DNA of 64,000 nucleotides from Yuukianura sp. NJ FZ-2021 (Eukaryota): NCBI GenBank assembly GCA_046563655.1, contig CM102285.1, positions 9,238,001 to 9,302,000 of the forward strand, read 5' to 3'. Shown piece by piece: positions 63,364 to 64,000 of this stretch (position 1 is its first letter; each line of letters starts with the position of its first letter). The notes under the pieces were generated by a model. It saw only the letters and a program-made list of their open reading frames with translations, ran no database searches and was not told where the DNA came from. The position numbers and the translations under genes were made by a program.

Positions 63364-64000
63364 GTACAATGGCGTCATTTCTCTCTTTTCATTTTTCGTT
63401 TTTTGAAGAAGAGGAATTTCGATGTGGAAGTTGAGAACATATAAAACAAGATTAACACTTTGAAAACATGGTGTAAAGGAATTCAGTCCATAATTGTCAC
63501 CTAAGAAGGACCTCCTTTTGCATAATTATTATTTATTAGCCAGAATGTTCGTGTTTTTTGTTTTTTTTTTAGTTGTGGGAAACGGGAGTTAAGAAATAGT
63601 TTTCCGTTTTAAGTTCTTTTGAAATTCTGGAAAGAGAGTCGTAAAAGTCAGTTTCATTGTGAAATTTTTCAGTCACTGTTGTACACATGCTTGAACAGAT
63701 GCGAATAATTGTTGTGATTTATAATTTACACTTGCTGGGTGACTTTTAGAGCTTAAAGTATAACATTTCTAAGAAGTGCAGAGTTAGTTAGAAAAAACAA
63801 GAAAGACAATGAGAAACGGAAATGCAATTTATTCAAGCGGGGAAGAGAGTTTATTCCTTGATTTCCAGAAGTGATTCAGCGATTTTTGTATTTTTTCTAT
63901 TTGAATTTAAATTCACTGCTTGGATTGACTTGACGTTTGTTTGTTGCATGTGCACTTTTTTCTTGGCTGCTTTTCCAATTCCAGCTAACTGTAACCTTAT

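Overview
AT-rich eukaryotic genomic DNA with mostly short (~60-100 bp) GT-AG introns. Gene content points to an arthropod, and a springtail-like hexapod is plausible but only inferred. Hand-spliced genes, left to right: ribophorin I (RPN1, +); an ANKRD29-like ankyrin protein (-); an intronless secreted 223-aa protein with a bacterial toxin-nuclease-like DH...H motif (+); a membrane-anchored M13 neprilysin-like protein lacking its catalytic motifs (-); an OFA/YhjX-type MFS transporter (+); an ACP-receptor-like GnRHR-family GPCR (+); Claspin (-) head-to-head with a CEP89-like gene (+); and the 5' end of a shot/spectraplakin gene with two alternative first coding exons. The GPCR introns hold two small nested genes: a secreted two-EF-hand protein, and a spliced 92-aa Cys-rich protein missed by the ORF track that has a perfect RFX X-box plus a Forkhead site upstream. 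Several MITEs are visible (hAT-type with an 8-bp TSD, Tc1/mariner-type with a TA TSD, and one with 78-bp TIRs). The most interesting candidates are the secreted nuclease-toxin-like gene (possible horizontal transfer), the X-box-driven Cys-rich microprotein, the pseudo-neprilysin and the MFS transporter. Family assignments come from recalled motifs, not database searches.
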